Shown here in pieces: positions 29,856 through 38,951 of a stretch of DNA of 64,000 nt. Made by a program: the position numbers and the translations under genes. The notes under the pieces are model-generated. The model was given only the letters and a program-made list of their open reading frames with translations. It had not been told where the DNA came from and made no database searches. Every line of letters starts with the position of its first letter. Position 1 is the first letter of the stretch. Origin of the DNA: an uncultured Candidatus Saccharibacteria bacterium (GTDB lineage: Bacteria > Patescibacteriota > Saccharimonadia > Saccharimonadales > UBA4665). The stretch lies in contig CAZRPP010000001.1 in assembly GCA_964602145.1 (NCBI GenBank), forward strand, positions 2,043-66,042, written 5' to 3'.

Positions 29856-31634
29856 GTGGTTAAACGCATTCCCGGTCTGGTAAAACGGCAGCTGGAACGA
29901 CAGAGCCAACAGGTGCAAGATTTTGGCCAGTCAGCTGAAAAGAGTTTTGAACGTAATTTCTACAAAAAATGGGAACGTCTTAAGGATGTTCGCCGTTTTA
30001 TGGCTGCCTGGATTGGGCTGTGCCTATTGCTGCTCACGGCGTTAGTAATGCAAATCGCTCAGCTCGGCAGTTTCTTTCAGGCGCAGCAGGCAGTGGATGG
30101 CGGCATTTACGAAGAGGGAACACTCGGCTTAATCAGCAATATTAATCCCATTTATGCCACCAGCGGAACCGACACCAGTCTCTCACGGTTAGTGTACGCA
30201 GGCCTCCTTACTTACGATACTCAGAATCGCTTGGTTAGTAATCTGGCCAAAAGCTACTCTGTGAGCGATGACGGCAAAACATATACCGTTAAACTCAAGC
30301 CAGGCCTAACTTGGCACGACGGAAGACCAATCACCAGTGCGGACGTATTGTTTACATTCCAAACTGCCCAAAACCCGGATGCTCGTTCGCCGCTCCAGGC
30401 TAGCTGGCAGGGAATAACCATGTCGGCGCCAGATGCGCACACTGTTTCCTTTGTACTGCCGGCGGCGTTGGCATCATTCCCGTCGAATTTAACCACCGGG
30501 TTACTGCCTAAGCATGTTCTGGGAAAAACAAAAATGGCCGATATGCGCTCGGTAGACTTCAATGCGGTGCCGCCACTTGGCGCCGGTCCGTTTATGTGGC
30601 ATGGAATAGAGGTGAGCGGCACTAATCCTACCAATGCAGAAATGCGCGTGGGTCTGCGTCCGTTTGAAAAATATGCTGGCGGTAAACCCAAGCTCAGCGA
30701 ATTTATTTTGCATGCCTATGCCTCAGAAAAATTACTTAGCCAGGCCTTTAAAGACGGGCAGCTCACGGCCGTTAGCGGACTCTTGTCTGCGCCAAATAAT
30801 TTAGGCAAAGACCACATAGCGCACAGCCTTATTCTGACAGCCGGAACATACGTATTTTTCAAAACTACCAGCCCTATCTTGAGCGACTCCAAGGTTCGAC
30901 AAGCATTAGTTGCGGCAAGTAATCCGGGCGCAATTATCGATTCTCTTGGTTACACAACTCGCGCAGTTTCTGGGCCATTGTTGCAGGGGCAGTTAGGACA
31001 AGACTCCAAGTACAATCAAAAAACAAACGACATTGCGGGCGCAGAAAAGCTACTCGATGATGCTGGCTGGAAAATTGATCAAAAGGACAACAAACTACGC
31101 AAAGATGGGAAGCCGCTTCGTTTTGGCTTGGTAGCAGTGGACACGCCAGAATATCGCCGCGTGATCGATCGGCTGCAACGGCAGTGGGCTAAAATTGGTG
31201 TTCAAACAGATGTCCGGCTGGAGTCCGCCACAGATTATGCTGCCACACTTTCTAGCCATAGCTATGACGCAACGCTGTATGGCATTTCCATTGGCTCGGA
31301 CCCGGATGTCTTTGCCTACTGGGATAGCTCCCAGGCTGACGTACGGGCGTCTAACCGGCTCAATTTATCTGAATGGAAAAGTGGCACTGCTGATGGTGCT
31401 TTGCGCGGCGGCCGGACACGGCTTGATCCCAAGCTGCGCGTAATAAAATATGCACCGCTGTTGCAGGCCTGGCAGCAGGACGCGCCGGCGCTAGGGCTGT
31501 ACCAGCCGCGATACCTCTACATTACGCGCGGCACGGTCCATGGCCTGCCAACGGGGATGATTAACAGCGGCGCGGACCGCTTTAACGATGTGCAGAATTG
31601 GCGGATTCGGTCGGCTATGGTAACGCAGGAGTAA
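29856..31634 (+). CDS. ABC transporter substrate-binding protein, family 5 (peptide/nickel type)
   Basis: N-terminal anchor. SBP_bac_5 pattern (LVYAGLLTYD...YTVKLKPGLTWHDG.PITSADV.F). GTG start. Confidence 0.8.
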   Translation: MVKRIPGLVKRQLERQSQQVQDFGQSAEKSFERNFYKKWERLKDVRRFMAAWIGLCLLLLTALVMQIAQLGSFFQAQQAVDGGIYEEGTLGLISNINPIYATSGTDTSLSRLVYAGLLTYDTQNRLVSNLAKSYSVSDDGKTYTVKLKPGLTWHDGRPITSADVLFTFQTAQNPDARSPLQASWQGITMSAPDAHTVSFVLPAALASFPSNLTTGLLPKHVLGKTKMADMRSVDFNAVPPLGAGPFMWHGIEVSGTNPTNAEMRVGLRPFEKYAGGKPKLSEFILHAYASEKLLSQAFKDGQLTAVSGLLSAPNNLGKDHIAHSLILTAGTYVFFKTTSPILSDSKVRQALVAASNPGAIIDSLGYTTRAVSGPLLQGQLGQDSKYNQKTNDIAGAEKLLDDAGWKIDQKDNKLRKDGKPLRFGLVAVDTPEYRRVIDRLQRQWAKIGVQTDVRLESATDYAATLSSHSYDATLYGISIGSDPDVFAYWDSSQADVRASNRLNLSEWKSGTADGALRGGRTRLDPKLRVIKYAPLLQAWQQDAPALGLYQPRYLYITRGTVHGLPTGMINSGADRFNDVQNWRIRSAMVTQE

Positions 31635-31640
31635 AAACCA

Positions 31641-32300
31641 ATGGAGCAACTAGTGGCTATTTTTGGACTAGCAGCCGTAGATAGCCTTAACCCGTCGGCA
31701 CTGGCTGTAACACTTTATTTGCTAACAAAAAAAGATTTTTCGCCCAAAGTTCTGGCGTATATTTCTGGTATTTTTTGCACTTATTTTACAATCGGAATTT
31801 TGCTGACACTTGGCTTGGGAAAAATTTTTACAACCTTGGGCACGGCTCTTGAAAGTGATGCTGCTTATGCGGGTCAATTGATAGTTGGATTACTCATGTT
31901 TGGCTACGCTGTTTTTGGCGGCCGGTTTACATCCAAAAAAACAAAGTCAGAAAAGATTCCATCGTCCCAGAAATTAGGCGCACTTTTTATGCTGGGAGTT
32001 GTCATAACATTTGTTGAATTTGCCACAGCTTTGCCGTACATTGCGGCAATTGGTATTCTAGCCAAATCTCAAATGATCTTTAGCCTAAAAATAGCTATTC
32101 TTTTTGCCTACAACAGTATTATGATTTTGCCCCCGCTCATGTTGCTGGTATTGGCACAGCGAAAATCTGAAAAAATGCAGGCTACTTTTGACCGTTGGCG
32201 CCTGAAAATGCAAAAGGGCGCTAGAGAAGCAGTTTACTGGATTTTTGGAATTGTGGGATTCTTGCTGGTTAGTGACGCGGTCCGGCATTTTAATTGGTAG
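31641..32300 (+). CDS. GAP/Sap-like membrane protein
   Basis: Six TM helices; N-terminal AAVDSLNPSALAV motif. Confidence 0.5.
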   Translation: MEQLVAIFGLAAVDSLNPSALAVTLYLLTKKDFSPKVLAYISGIFCTYFTIGILLTLGLGKIFTTLGTALESDAAYAGQLIVGLLMFGYAVFGGRFTSKKTKSEKIPSSQKLGALFMLGVVITFVEFATALPYIAAIGILAKSQMIFSLKIAILFAYNSIMILPPLMLLVLAQRKSEKMQATFDRWRLKMQKGAREAVYWIFGIVGFLLVSDAVRHFNW

Positions 32301-32306
32301 GGTTTT

Positions 32307-32397
32307 GGATGAGAGGACTAGCGGCCTGGCGGCCTTTATCCGCTCAGCTTTCTCGGAGTAAACTCCTGCGAGAGCTTCGCTCCAAGAACCTCCACGT
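32307..32397 (-). pseudogene. Displaced tRNA-Leu(CAG) 3' segment, split in the T-loop by a 66-nt structured insert
   Basis: 32307-32319 is identical to 32488-32500 (13 nt). 32386-32397 is identical to 32502-32513 (12 nt). The two blocks are contiguous in the intact tRNA and are separated by 32320-32385 here. Confidence 0.6.
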
Positions 32398-32448
32398 TGA
32401 TTCGCTTCGCTCATGACGTGGAGAACCAAAGCCTAACTCATCGCAACT

Positions 32449-32478
32449 AAAAAGCACCCCTTTTGTGGGGTGCTTTTT
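32449..32478. terminator. Bidirectional rho-independent terminator
   Basis: AAAAAGCACCCC-ttttgt-GGGGTGCTTTTT, with A/T runs on both sides. Confidence 0.8.
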
Positions 32479-32481
32479 AGT

Positions 32482-32567
32482 TGGTGCGGATGAGAGGACT
32501 TGAACCTCCACGTACTTGCGTACACTAGTACCTGAAACTAGCGCGTCTACCATTCCGCCACATCCGC
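32482..32567 (-). tRNA. tRNA-Leu(CAG), type II, CCA encoded
   Basis: Manual cloverleaf: acceptor GCGGATG/CATCCGC, anticodon loop TTCAGGT, long variable arm. Near-identical layout to E. coli tRNA-Leu(CAG). Confidence 0.9.
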
Positions 32568-32650
32568 GCGGTATAACAGGGGATATTGTACGGTATTTTT
32601 ATTGGGTAAACAAGGCGGCACGTAAGCATAAGCTGTGCTATCATAAAATA

Positions 32651-34276
32651 ATGAGTAAGATTGCGGGTTACCTTCAAGAGCACCTCAGCGGCGAGGTTAT
32701 GACCGGCGTGGACGCGCGTCGTTATTTTGCAACTGATAACAGCATGCTTAATTTGCCGCCAGCAGCCGTTATTTATCCAAGAAATGAGCACGATGTTCGT
32801 AAAGCCGCTCGGTTTACTTGGCAGCTGGCTGAGCGTGGCCGGGTAGTGCCAATGACCGCCCGCGGGAGCGGCACTGATCAGTCAGGCGCGCCGCTAACAG
32901 ATGGGCTGGCAATCGTTTTTCCCGCACATCAAAACAGAATTTTGGAGCTGGATAGCAAATCTGGCGCCGTTACCGTGGAGCCAGGCATCAATTTTGGCAA
33001 GTTGCAGCAGACATTGCAAACGCATGGACGCTGGCTGCCAGTGGCACCGGCCAGCGCCGAATATTCCAGTGTGGGCGGGGCTGTTGCCAACAACTCTGTG
33101 GGCATGTATGCCTTAAAGTACGGCGACATGGGGGCATATGTCCGCGGCTTGCGCGTTGTTTTAGCCAACGGGGAAGTAATCAATACGGGCAGATTATCCA
33201 AAAGAGAGCTCAGCAAGAAGCTTGGATTGGCAACATTTGAGGGCGAAATATATCGACAAATCGATACGCTCATTGAAGAAAACAAGGAATTAATTGCTAC
33301 ACTGGAGCGTGCTACCACGCGTAATAGTGCTGGATATAACCTGTTAGATGTGCGCCGTAAAGATGGCAGTTTTGACCTGTCGCCGCTGTTTATTGGCAGC
33401 CAAGGCACACTGGGAATTATTACGGAAGTTATCTTAAATACGGAGCCGCATGATCCTGGTAGTACGCTGTTTATGGCCGGATTCGATAGCCCACAAGCAG
33501 TGCAAAATGCCATAAATGAATTGCGTGCTCAGAGCACTATGCCGGCCGCAATTGAATTTGTTGATAAGCATCTACTGACGCAAGTGCAAGCTGCCAACCC
33601 CAACGTTCTAGGGGGGATTGTTCAGCCACCGTTCCCGGCTATTTTGCTGCTTGTGGAGTACGATAATGCGGATGCGCATCTCAAGCGCAGTTTGAAGCAC
33701 GCCCAAAAAATCCTTGAAAAATATTCGCTGCATGTGGTTTCAGAAACAGAGACCGCCAAACAGGATCAGTTCTGGAAACTACGACACGCCTCTACCTGGC
33801 TGCTGACACAGAACGATGGCCAGCGCCGAGCGCTGCCGCTGTTTGGCTCCGCCATTGTACCGCCAGAAAACTGGTCAAAACTTTTGCAGGGCGTCTACGA
33901 CATTTTTGCTCGCGCCAAGTTGCCGGTTGGTGCATGGGGGCACGCCGGCGATGGACAATTATCGGTTGCGCCACTGCTGGATTTATCACAGGTGGGAGAT
34001 CGCCAAATTGCTTTCCGTATGCTGGACGAGTACGTTAAATTAGTCATAGCTTTAGGCGGCAGTACCTCTGGCGATGGCCGCCTACACGCGCCGTACTTAG
34101 AGCAAGTCTACGGCACGGAGGCGTATAATCTCCTACGTAAGGTAAAGCAAATTTTTGACCCGTATGGCACATTGAACCCCGGCGTAAAAATCGGTGTTTC
34201 CATGGACGATGTCAAACCGTTGCTACGCAGCACGTTCAATCTTGAGCATCTGTATGATCATTTGCCTCGCAGCTAA
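32651..34276 (+). CDS. FAD-binding oxidoreductase (GlcD/FAD-linked oxidase family)
   Basis: FAD_binding_4 pattern (PAAVIYPRNEHDV..., RGSGTDQSG) and a C-terminal oxidase domain. ATG at 32651 avoids overlap with the tRNA. Confidence 0.8.
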   Translation: MSKIAGYLQEHLSGEVMTGVDARRYFATDNSMLNLPPAAVIYPRNEHDVRKAARFTWQLAERGRVVPMTARGSGTDQSGAPLTDGLAIVFPAHQNRILELDSKSGAVTVEPGINFGKLQQTLQTHGRWLPVAPASAEYSSVGGAVANNSVGMYALKYGDMGAYVRGLRVVLANGEVINTGRLSKRELSKKLGLATFEGEIYRQIDTLIEENKELIATLERATTRNSAGYNLLDVRRKDGSFDLSPLFIGSQGTLGIITEVILNTEPHDPGSTLFMAGFDSPQAVQNAINELRAQSTMPAAIEFVDKHLLTQVQAANPNVLGGIVQPPFPAILLLVEYDNADAHLKRSLKHAQKILEKYSLHVVSETETAKQDQFWKLRHASTWLLTQNDGQRRALPLFGSAIVPPENWSKLLQGVYDIFARAKLPVGAWGHAGDGQLSVAPLLDLSQVGDRQIAFRMLDEYVKLVIALGGSTSGDGRLHAPYLEQVYGTEAYNLLRKVKQIFDPYGTLNPGVKIGVSMDDVKPLLRSTFNLEHLYDHLPRS

Positions 34277-34314
34277 TATTGCTCTATCATGACAACATTC
34301 AAATAAGGAAAAAT

Positions 34315-35079
34315 ATGGCACAAGACAAAAGCCGCTTTAGCACACTAATTGAGCGAGCAGATGGTAAAGATTTTCCGTTCTATAATGGCAAGCCTTATTC
34401 ATTTTCTGGACAGCAGTGGTGGCTGATTTTTGGATCTGTTATTTTAGCATTCATTGTCCTGTCTGGATATAAATATGTTCTGCCAGGGCAGTGGTCTCGA
34501 ACCGCCGCAGGCATATTATTTGCGGTCATACCTCTGGCGGTCATGCACTATATTAAGCCCGGAAGTTGGCGTAAACTTTTTAGCAAGATTAGGCCGTCTG
34601 ATGTACTCCTTATGATAGGCTTTGCCGCCCTAAATCTTGTAGTGACTATTCTTGTTAATCATGTGGTGCATGCTGTATTTGGCAGTAGCGCAAACCCAGC
34701 TGCTGGGGCTTTATCCGGTGGCGATGCATTAGCAAAGGCATTGTTCCTGGGTGGTGCATTTGTATCGCTGATAGGTGAAGAAATTTTTACGATTCTGCCA
34801 TTCTTGGGGCTGCTGTATTATTTTTATCAAAAACAGGGCATGAGTCGCAAGCGAGCCATAATATTAGCCTACCTCCTGTCGGCAATTTTCTTTGGCGCTG
34901 CCCATCTGCAAACCTACAACTGGAATATTGCGCAAGCCATTGTCACTATTAGCGTTGCCCGTCTTGTGCTGTCTTTGGCCTATATCAGAACGAAAAACCT
35001 CTGGGTATCTGCCGGCGCCCACATTATGGTGGACTTCTCGATTTTCTTGAGCGTGATATTTTCTGGCGTAAAGCTGTAG
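34315..35079 (+). CDS. CPBP-family intramembrane protease (CAAX prenyl protease-like)
   Basis: Motifs GEEIFTILPF, FFGAAHL and AHIMVD. AAGGA RBS before the ATG at 34315. Confidence 0.75.
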   Translation: MAQDKSRFSTLIERADGKDFPFYNGKPYSFSGQQWWLIFGSVILAFIVLSGYKYVLPGQWSRTAAGILFAVIPLAVMHYIKPGSWRKLFSKIRPSDVLLMIGFAALNLVVTILVNHVVHAVFGSSANPAAGALSGGDALAKALFLGGAFVSLIGEEIFTILPFLGLLYYFYQKQGMSRKRAIILAYLLSAIFFGAAHLQTYNWNIAQAIVTISVARLVLSLAYIRTKNLWVSAGAHIMVDFSIFLSVIFSGVKL

Positions 35080-35086
35080 CTTAAAT

Positions 35087-35112
35087 AAAAAAGACCTTTG
35101 CCAGGTCTTTAA
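35087..35112. terminator. Hairpin terminator between the CPBP gene and tRNA-Val
   Basis: AAAGACC-tttgcca-GGTCTTT flanked by A and T runs. Confidence 0.7.
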
Positions 35113-35189
35113 TGGTGGGTGATGAGGGACTCGAACCCCCGACCCTCTCGGTGTAAACGAGATGCTCTAGCCAACTGAGCTAATCACCC
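35113..35189 (-). tRNA. tRNA-Val(TAC), CCA encoded
   Basis: Acceptor GGGTGAT/ATCACCC, anticodon loop TTTACAC, T-arm GGGGG-TTCGAGT-CCCTC. Confidence 0.9.
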
Positions 35190-35270
35190 CTGTTGTCATA
35201 GCCAAAAACTACAACGCTTTAGACAGTATAACACGTGGTCCCACCCCTGTAAACAGGTTATAATAGTGGT

Positions 35271-35927
35271 ATGCAGAGAGGAATCAATAACAGGCAATAT
35301 TCATGGTCAAATGAGATAGCGTATTTGGTTGGGCTATTTGCTTCTGACGGATGTCTTTCGCCTGATGGCAGACACTTAATCATGACATCAAAAGATCCAG
35401 ACATAATTGCTGCAGTATCAGACATCACCAAGACAAATGCTAAGTTCAGGCTGAAACGTGGTTCCTATGCTCAAACCTTGAGTATGGAATTGCAGCTGGG
35501 AGACGTGGCGTTGTATGATTTTTTCCTTGAAGCCGGTTTAACTCCAGCAAAAAGCAAAACACTCAAAGTTAAAAATATACCCGATGAATACTTTGGTGAT
35601 TATCTTCGCGGTTTATTCGACGGCGACGGTACAATATTTGGATTTAGAGACAAACGCTGGCGCAGTAGCTACATGTTCTACACTACTTTTTACAGTGCAA
35701 ATAAAGATTTTCTCATAAAGCTGCAAGCAGATATTGCTCGGCTTTATGGTACGGGCAAAGGTACGCTTTGTGCAGGCGCGCGTGTTTTCAAGCTCAGCTA
35801 CGCCAAAGCGGACTCTAGTAAAATTTTTGCAGCCATGTACGCTGCGCCAGAATCACCAAGGCTAACCAGAAAATACGATAGATTTCTTGCTTTATTGCAA
35901 CAAAATCCGTATGCTTATAACAGATAA
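35271..35927 (+). CDS. Free-standing double-motif LAGLIDADG homing endonuclease-like protein
   Basis: Two LAGLIDADG motifs (LVGLFASDGCL; LRGLFDGDGTI). Appears AT-richer than its neighbours by eye. TATAAT lies 6 nt before the ATG. Confidence 0.8.
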   Translation: MQRGINNRQYSWSNEIAYLVGLFASDGCLSPDGRHLIMTSKDPDIIAAVSDITKTNAKFRLKRGSYAQTLSMELQLGDVALYDFFLEAGLTPAKSKTLKVKNIPDEYFGDYLRGLFDGDGTIFGFRDKRWRSSYMFYTTFYSANKDFLIKLQADIARLYGTGKGTLCAGARVFKLSYAKADSSKIFAAMYAAPESPRLTRKYDRFLALLQQNPYAYNR

Positions 35928-35931
35928 AAAT

Positions 35932-36016
35932 GCGCACGTGGCGGAATCGGTATACGCGTATGCTTGAGGTGCATATGCCGCAAGGCTTGGAGGTTCAAGT
36001 CCTCTCGTGCGCACCA
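35932..36016 (+). tRNA. tRNA-Leu(GAG), type II, CCA encoded
   Basis: Acceptor GCGCACG/CGTGCGC, anticodon loop TTGAGGT, long variable arm. Confidence 0.9.
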
Positions 36017-36018
36017 TG

Positions 36019-36048
36019 ATCGACCTTTCACGGGTCGATTTTTATTTT
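36019..36048 (+). terminator. Rho-independent terminator after tRNA-Leu(GAG)
   Basis: ATCGACC-tttcacg-GGTCGAT followed by TTTTTATTTT. Confidence 0.75.
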
Positions 36049-36115
36049 GCCTCAAACGGCGTGTATTTTCAAAGCTCTTATGCTACATTAAAAGCAGCTT
36101 AAGGGGGCCAAAGGT

Positions 36116-38950
36116 ATGACTGTGCTACTGCTCATTGTTATTGCGGCGTTACTGATTGCATTATCTAAAAAGGGCTCGGTGCAAACCCCTCCGCCGCCGC
36201 AAAATGCCAACCAGGGTTGGGTAGATTTTATCGCCGGTTATGCGCTGCTGGCCAAGACTAAATCGGAAAAAGCGTTGCTGGCCCGGATGCTGGCCGATTT
36301 GGTGCAGCAAGGCATGCCCATGCCATCGCAACCAATTCAAGGATTACCAGAGACCAAAGAGGTGCCTGTGGCAGCCGTGCCGGTACGAGTTTATGAACCA
36401 GTAATAGAAACAAAACCACCAACCAAACCGCTCGATAACGCTACGCTTCTCCTCTACTTTGGCGCCTTCCTCTTCCTGGCCGCCGCCGGTTTGTTTGTGG
36501 CCTTTGCGGGCGCTAGCGGGCTGGTGCGCGTGGCTGTGGTTTTCATCGCCATGGCCGTATTGTACATCGGAGGTTTCTGGCTGAACGATAATAAACCAAA
36601 GCTGGCATCGGCTGGCAAAACGTTTATTGGCATGGGCATGATGTTGGCGCCACTGGTAGGGCTGGCAGCCCATTCTTATAGCTTGCAGGGGCGGCCGCAG
36701 CTGGTGTGGCTGTTAACGTCGCTGCTGTGTTTTGGACTCTATTTCCATGCGCTCAAACGGCTTAAAACGCCGCTGCTGGAATACATCTTTATTGGCAGCT
36801 TTGTGTCGCTGTTTGAATCTGGTATTTCCGTGCTGCACGCGCCGCTGTATTACTACGCGTGGGGACTGGCTGTTACTGGGCTAATCGTGCAGGCTTGGGC
36901 GCTTATGCAAAACAAGTCGCTGCGCATGGAGGGGTCGGCCGGGCAGAGTTCTAATCTGTTATTGCCGTTGTCTGTCATGGGATCGTTGTTCTTAACGGGC
37001 CAACATGGCTTTTTGCAATTGGCGATTTCTTCGCTGCTGGCCGCGTTATTTTATGGTTTACAGGCCTGGCGCGGTGAGTTAGGTCAGCGACCAACCAGCG
37101 CAGTTACTGCACAAATTGCTTTGCTAGGAAGCGTGGCTAGTTTTGCCTATGCCGCCCGCGGCGATCTAACAGATGTGGCACTGGCGCTTTCGGGTGCCGG
37201 AGTGCTGCAGTTACTAGTCAGTATGTTTGCGCCCTTATCAGACTACCTGGAGCGATTTGCCTACGTGGCCGCCGCCTCATTAATCGTTGCGCCCGCGCTC
37301 GCCTGGAATGGTCCGTACCTGAGCGTAGCGGCCTTGCTATTCCTAGCGTTATTTAGCTTGGTGACGTGGCGCCGTTTTCAAAAACCAGATCTGTACGCGC
37401 TGGGTATTGCCGCGGGTGTGTTGTCGATTTTTGTGGCTGCCGGCCACGCTGCGCAGCCCAACTGGCCCGTCAAGCAGCTGATTGCCGTTACCTTCGTGGC
37501 TGCACTTGGGCAAATTGGTCTGTTCTGGTTGGCACGTGGTAAGTTGCTGGATTCAGACAACTGGCGGAATGTTTGGCGGGGAAGTCTCTTGGTCACATTT
37601 GCGGTTATTTGCATGCAGGCGCTTGATGCTTCGCATGTCGTGTCGCTGGTATGCGCACTGGTGATTGCCATCATTTGCTACGGCCTATACGCGCAAGACG
37701 GGTTACAGAAATTGTGGCTGATTGCCAGTAGTGGTTTCAGTTTTTGGCCAGTCTTTGTGGCGTCTAGCAATCACGACTGGTGGCTCGTGGCGCTGCTGAT
37801 TGCCTTTGGCTGGAACCTTATCCTTGTGCTGCACAAGCAGCTAGAGGTAGCGCGCTGGCTAGGGAGTATTGCCTGGATTTTGTTGCCGGCCGCAGCAGTG
37901 CCTATGTTTGCTAATCAGAATCGACCGCAGTGGTATGCTGTCAGCTATCTTTTAGCCACTGCTGGTTTTGTGGCAGCACGGGCAATTGCTCAAAAGCGCA
38001 TCGCCGGTTTGCCGGTAAGCCTGACAGAACTCCAGGCGCGCTTGCAGACAGATAGTTTAGTTTACGTGATCGGCTATGGTTTGGCCGCTGCCGCCAGTAT
38101 ATTTAAGGCATTAGAGGCCGGACATAACACCGCGGCAATACTATGCGCTATGCTAACAGGTCTACTCTATTACGTGGGCAAATATGTAGAGAAGCAGCCG
38201 TTGCTGCTTGCGCTCGTGCCATTTGGTATGCAGGTTGCACTGTGGCTAACGCGGTCACCAGAGTTATCCTTGGCAATGTATGCGGCGATTAGCTCGGCGC
38301 TAGCGGTGATACTGTACGGTTATTTGTGGTTGGTCAATGCCGACCAGCGGTCCGCGCCGTATCACCAACAGCTTGTGTATGGCACGCTATTGACGCTGTA
38401 TATCGCGCCGGCCAGTTTTACGTTGGGTCATACGTTTATGGTTATGCCAATCAGCCTTATGATTGCTGGTTTGGTCACACTGCACGCCGTTTGGCCACGA
38501 CAGCAAGCGTACCGCGAGGCGGCTGGCGCGGCAGTCGCTATGGGCGGCATGTGGCTGGTCTGGCATCTGGGCGTACACAATCTGCAAGTGTATACGCACA
38601 TTTTGGCAGCGCTCGCTGGCCTGTACTCCTACTGGCGCTACAAGTTGCTGGATAAGCAGGCAGGTTACGGCTACCTCATAACGATGCTGTTAACGGCGTC
38701 TGTGCCTTTGGCGTTACAGGTCCTGAGCGGTAGTGGTGGCGGGCTATACGGCTGGTGGTTTATCGGCGAGCAAATCGCCATAATGCTGCTGGGCATGGCG
38801 ATTTCTAACAAGCTTGTTACACGCTGGGGTTTATACGCCTCGGTGGCCGCCGTGCTGTATCAGCTGCGCGTGTTGCCCTGGCTGTCGCTCAGTCTTCTAG
38901 CGGCATTTTTAATTGGCCTCGCTATTTACCAATTACAGAAACAGAAGTAG
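36116..38950 (+). CDS. Very large polytopic membrane protein (944 aa), unknown function
   Basis: More than 20 predicted TM helices along the whole length. No catalytic motif recognised. Confidence 0.6.
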   Translation: MTVLLLIVIAALLIALSKKGSVQTPPPPQNANQGWVDFIAGYALLAKTKSEKALLARMLADLVQQGMPMPSQPIQGLPETKEVPVAAVPVRVYEPVIETKPPTKPLDNATLLLYFGAFLFLAAAGLFVAFAGASGLVRVAVVFIAMAVLYIGGFWLNDNKPKLASAGKTFIGMGMMLAPLVGLAAHSYSLQGRPQLVWLLTSLLCFGLYFHALKRLKTPLLEYIFIGSFVSLFESGISVLHAPLYYYAWGLAVTGLIVQAWALMQNKSLRMEGSAGQSSNLLLPLSVMGSLFLTGQHGFLQLAISSLLAALFYGLQAWRGELGQRPTSAVTAQIALLGSVASFAYAARGDLTDVALALSGAGVLQLLVSMFAPLSDYLERFAYVAAASLIVAPALAWNGPYLSVAALLFLALFSLVTWRRFQKPDLYALGIAAGVLSIFVAAGHAAQPNWPVKQLIAVTFVAALGQIGLFWLARGKLLDSDNWRNVWRGSLLVTFAVICMQALDASHVVSLVCALVIAIICYGLYAQDGLQKLWLIASSGFSFWPVFVASSNHDWWLVALLIAFGWNLILVLHKQLEVARWLGSIAWILLPAAAVPMFANQNRPQWYAVSYLLATAGFVAARAIAQKRIAGLPVSLTELQARLQTDSLVYVIGYGLAAAASIFKALEAGHNTAAILCAMLTGLLYYVGKYVEKQPLLLALVPFGMQVALWLTRSPELSLAMYAAISSALAVILYGYLWLVNADQRSAPYHQQLVYGTLLTLYIAPASFTLGHTFMVMPISLMIAGLVTLHAVWPRQQAYREAAGAAVAMGGMWLVWHLGVHNLQVYTHILAALAGLYSYWRYKLLDKQAGYGYLITMLLTASVPLALQVLSGSGGGLYGWWFIGEQIAIMLLGMAISNKLVTRWGLYASVAAVLYQLRVLPWLSLSLLAAFLIGLAIYQLQKQK

Positions 38951-38951
38951 T

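Noticed and set aside
35105-35116. 12-nt identity (GTCTTTAATGGT) between the terminator/tRNA-Val junction and unit A1 (45580-45591), as evidence that the cassette inserted via tRNA-Val sequence
   Set aside because: Most of the match is the generic AAAGAC/GTCTTT terminator arm used repeatedly in this genome. It is kept only as a caveat on the repeat-unit finding.
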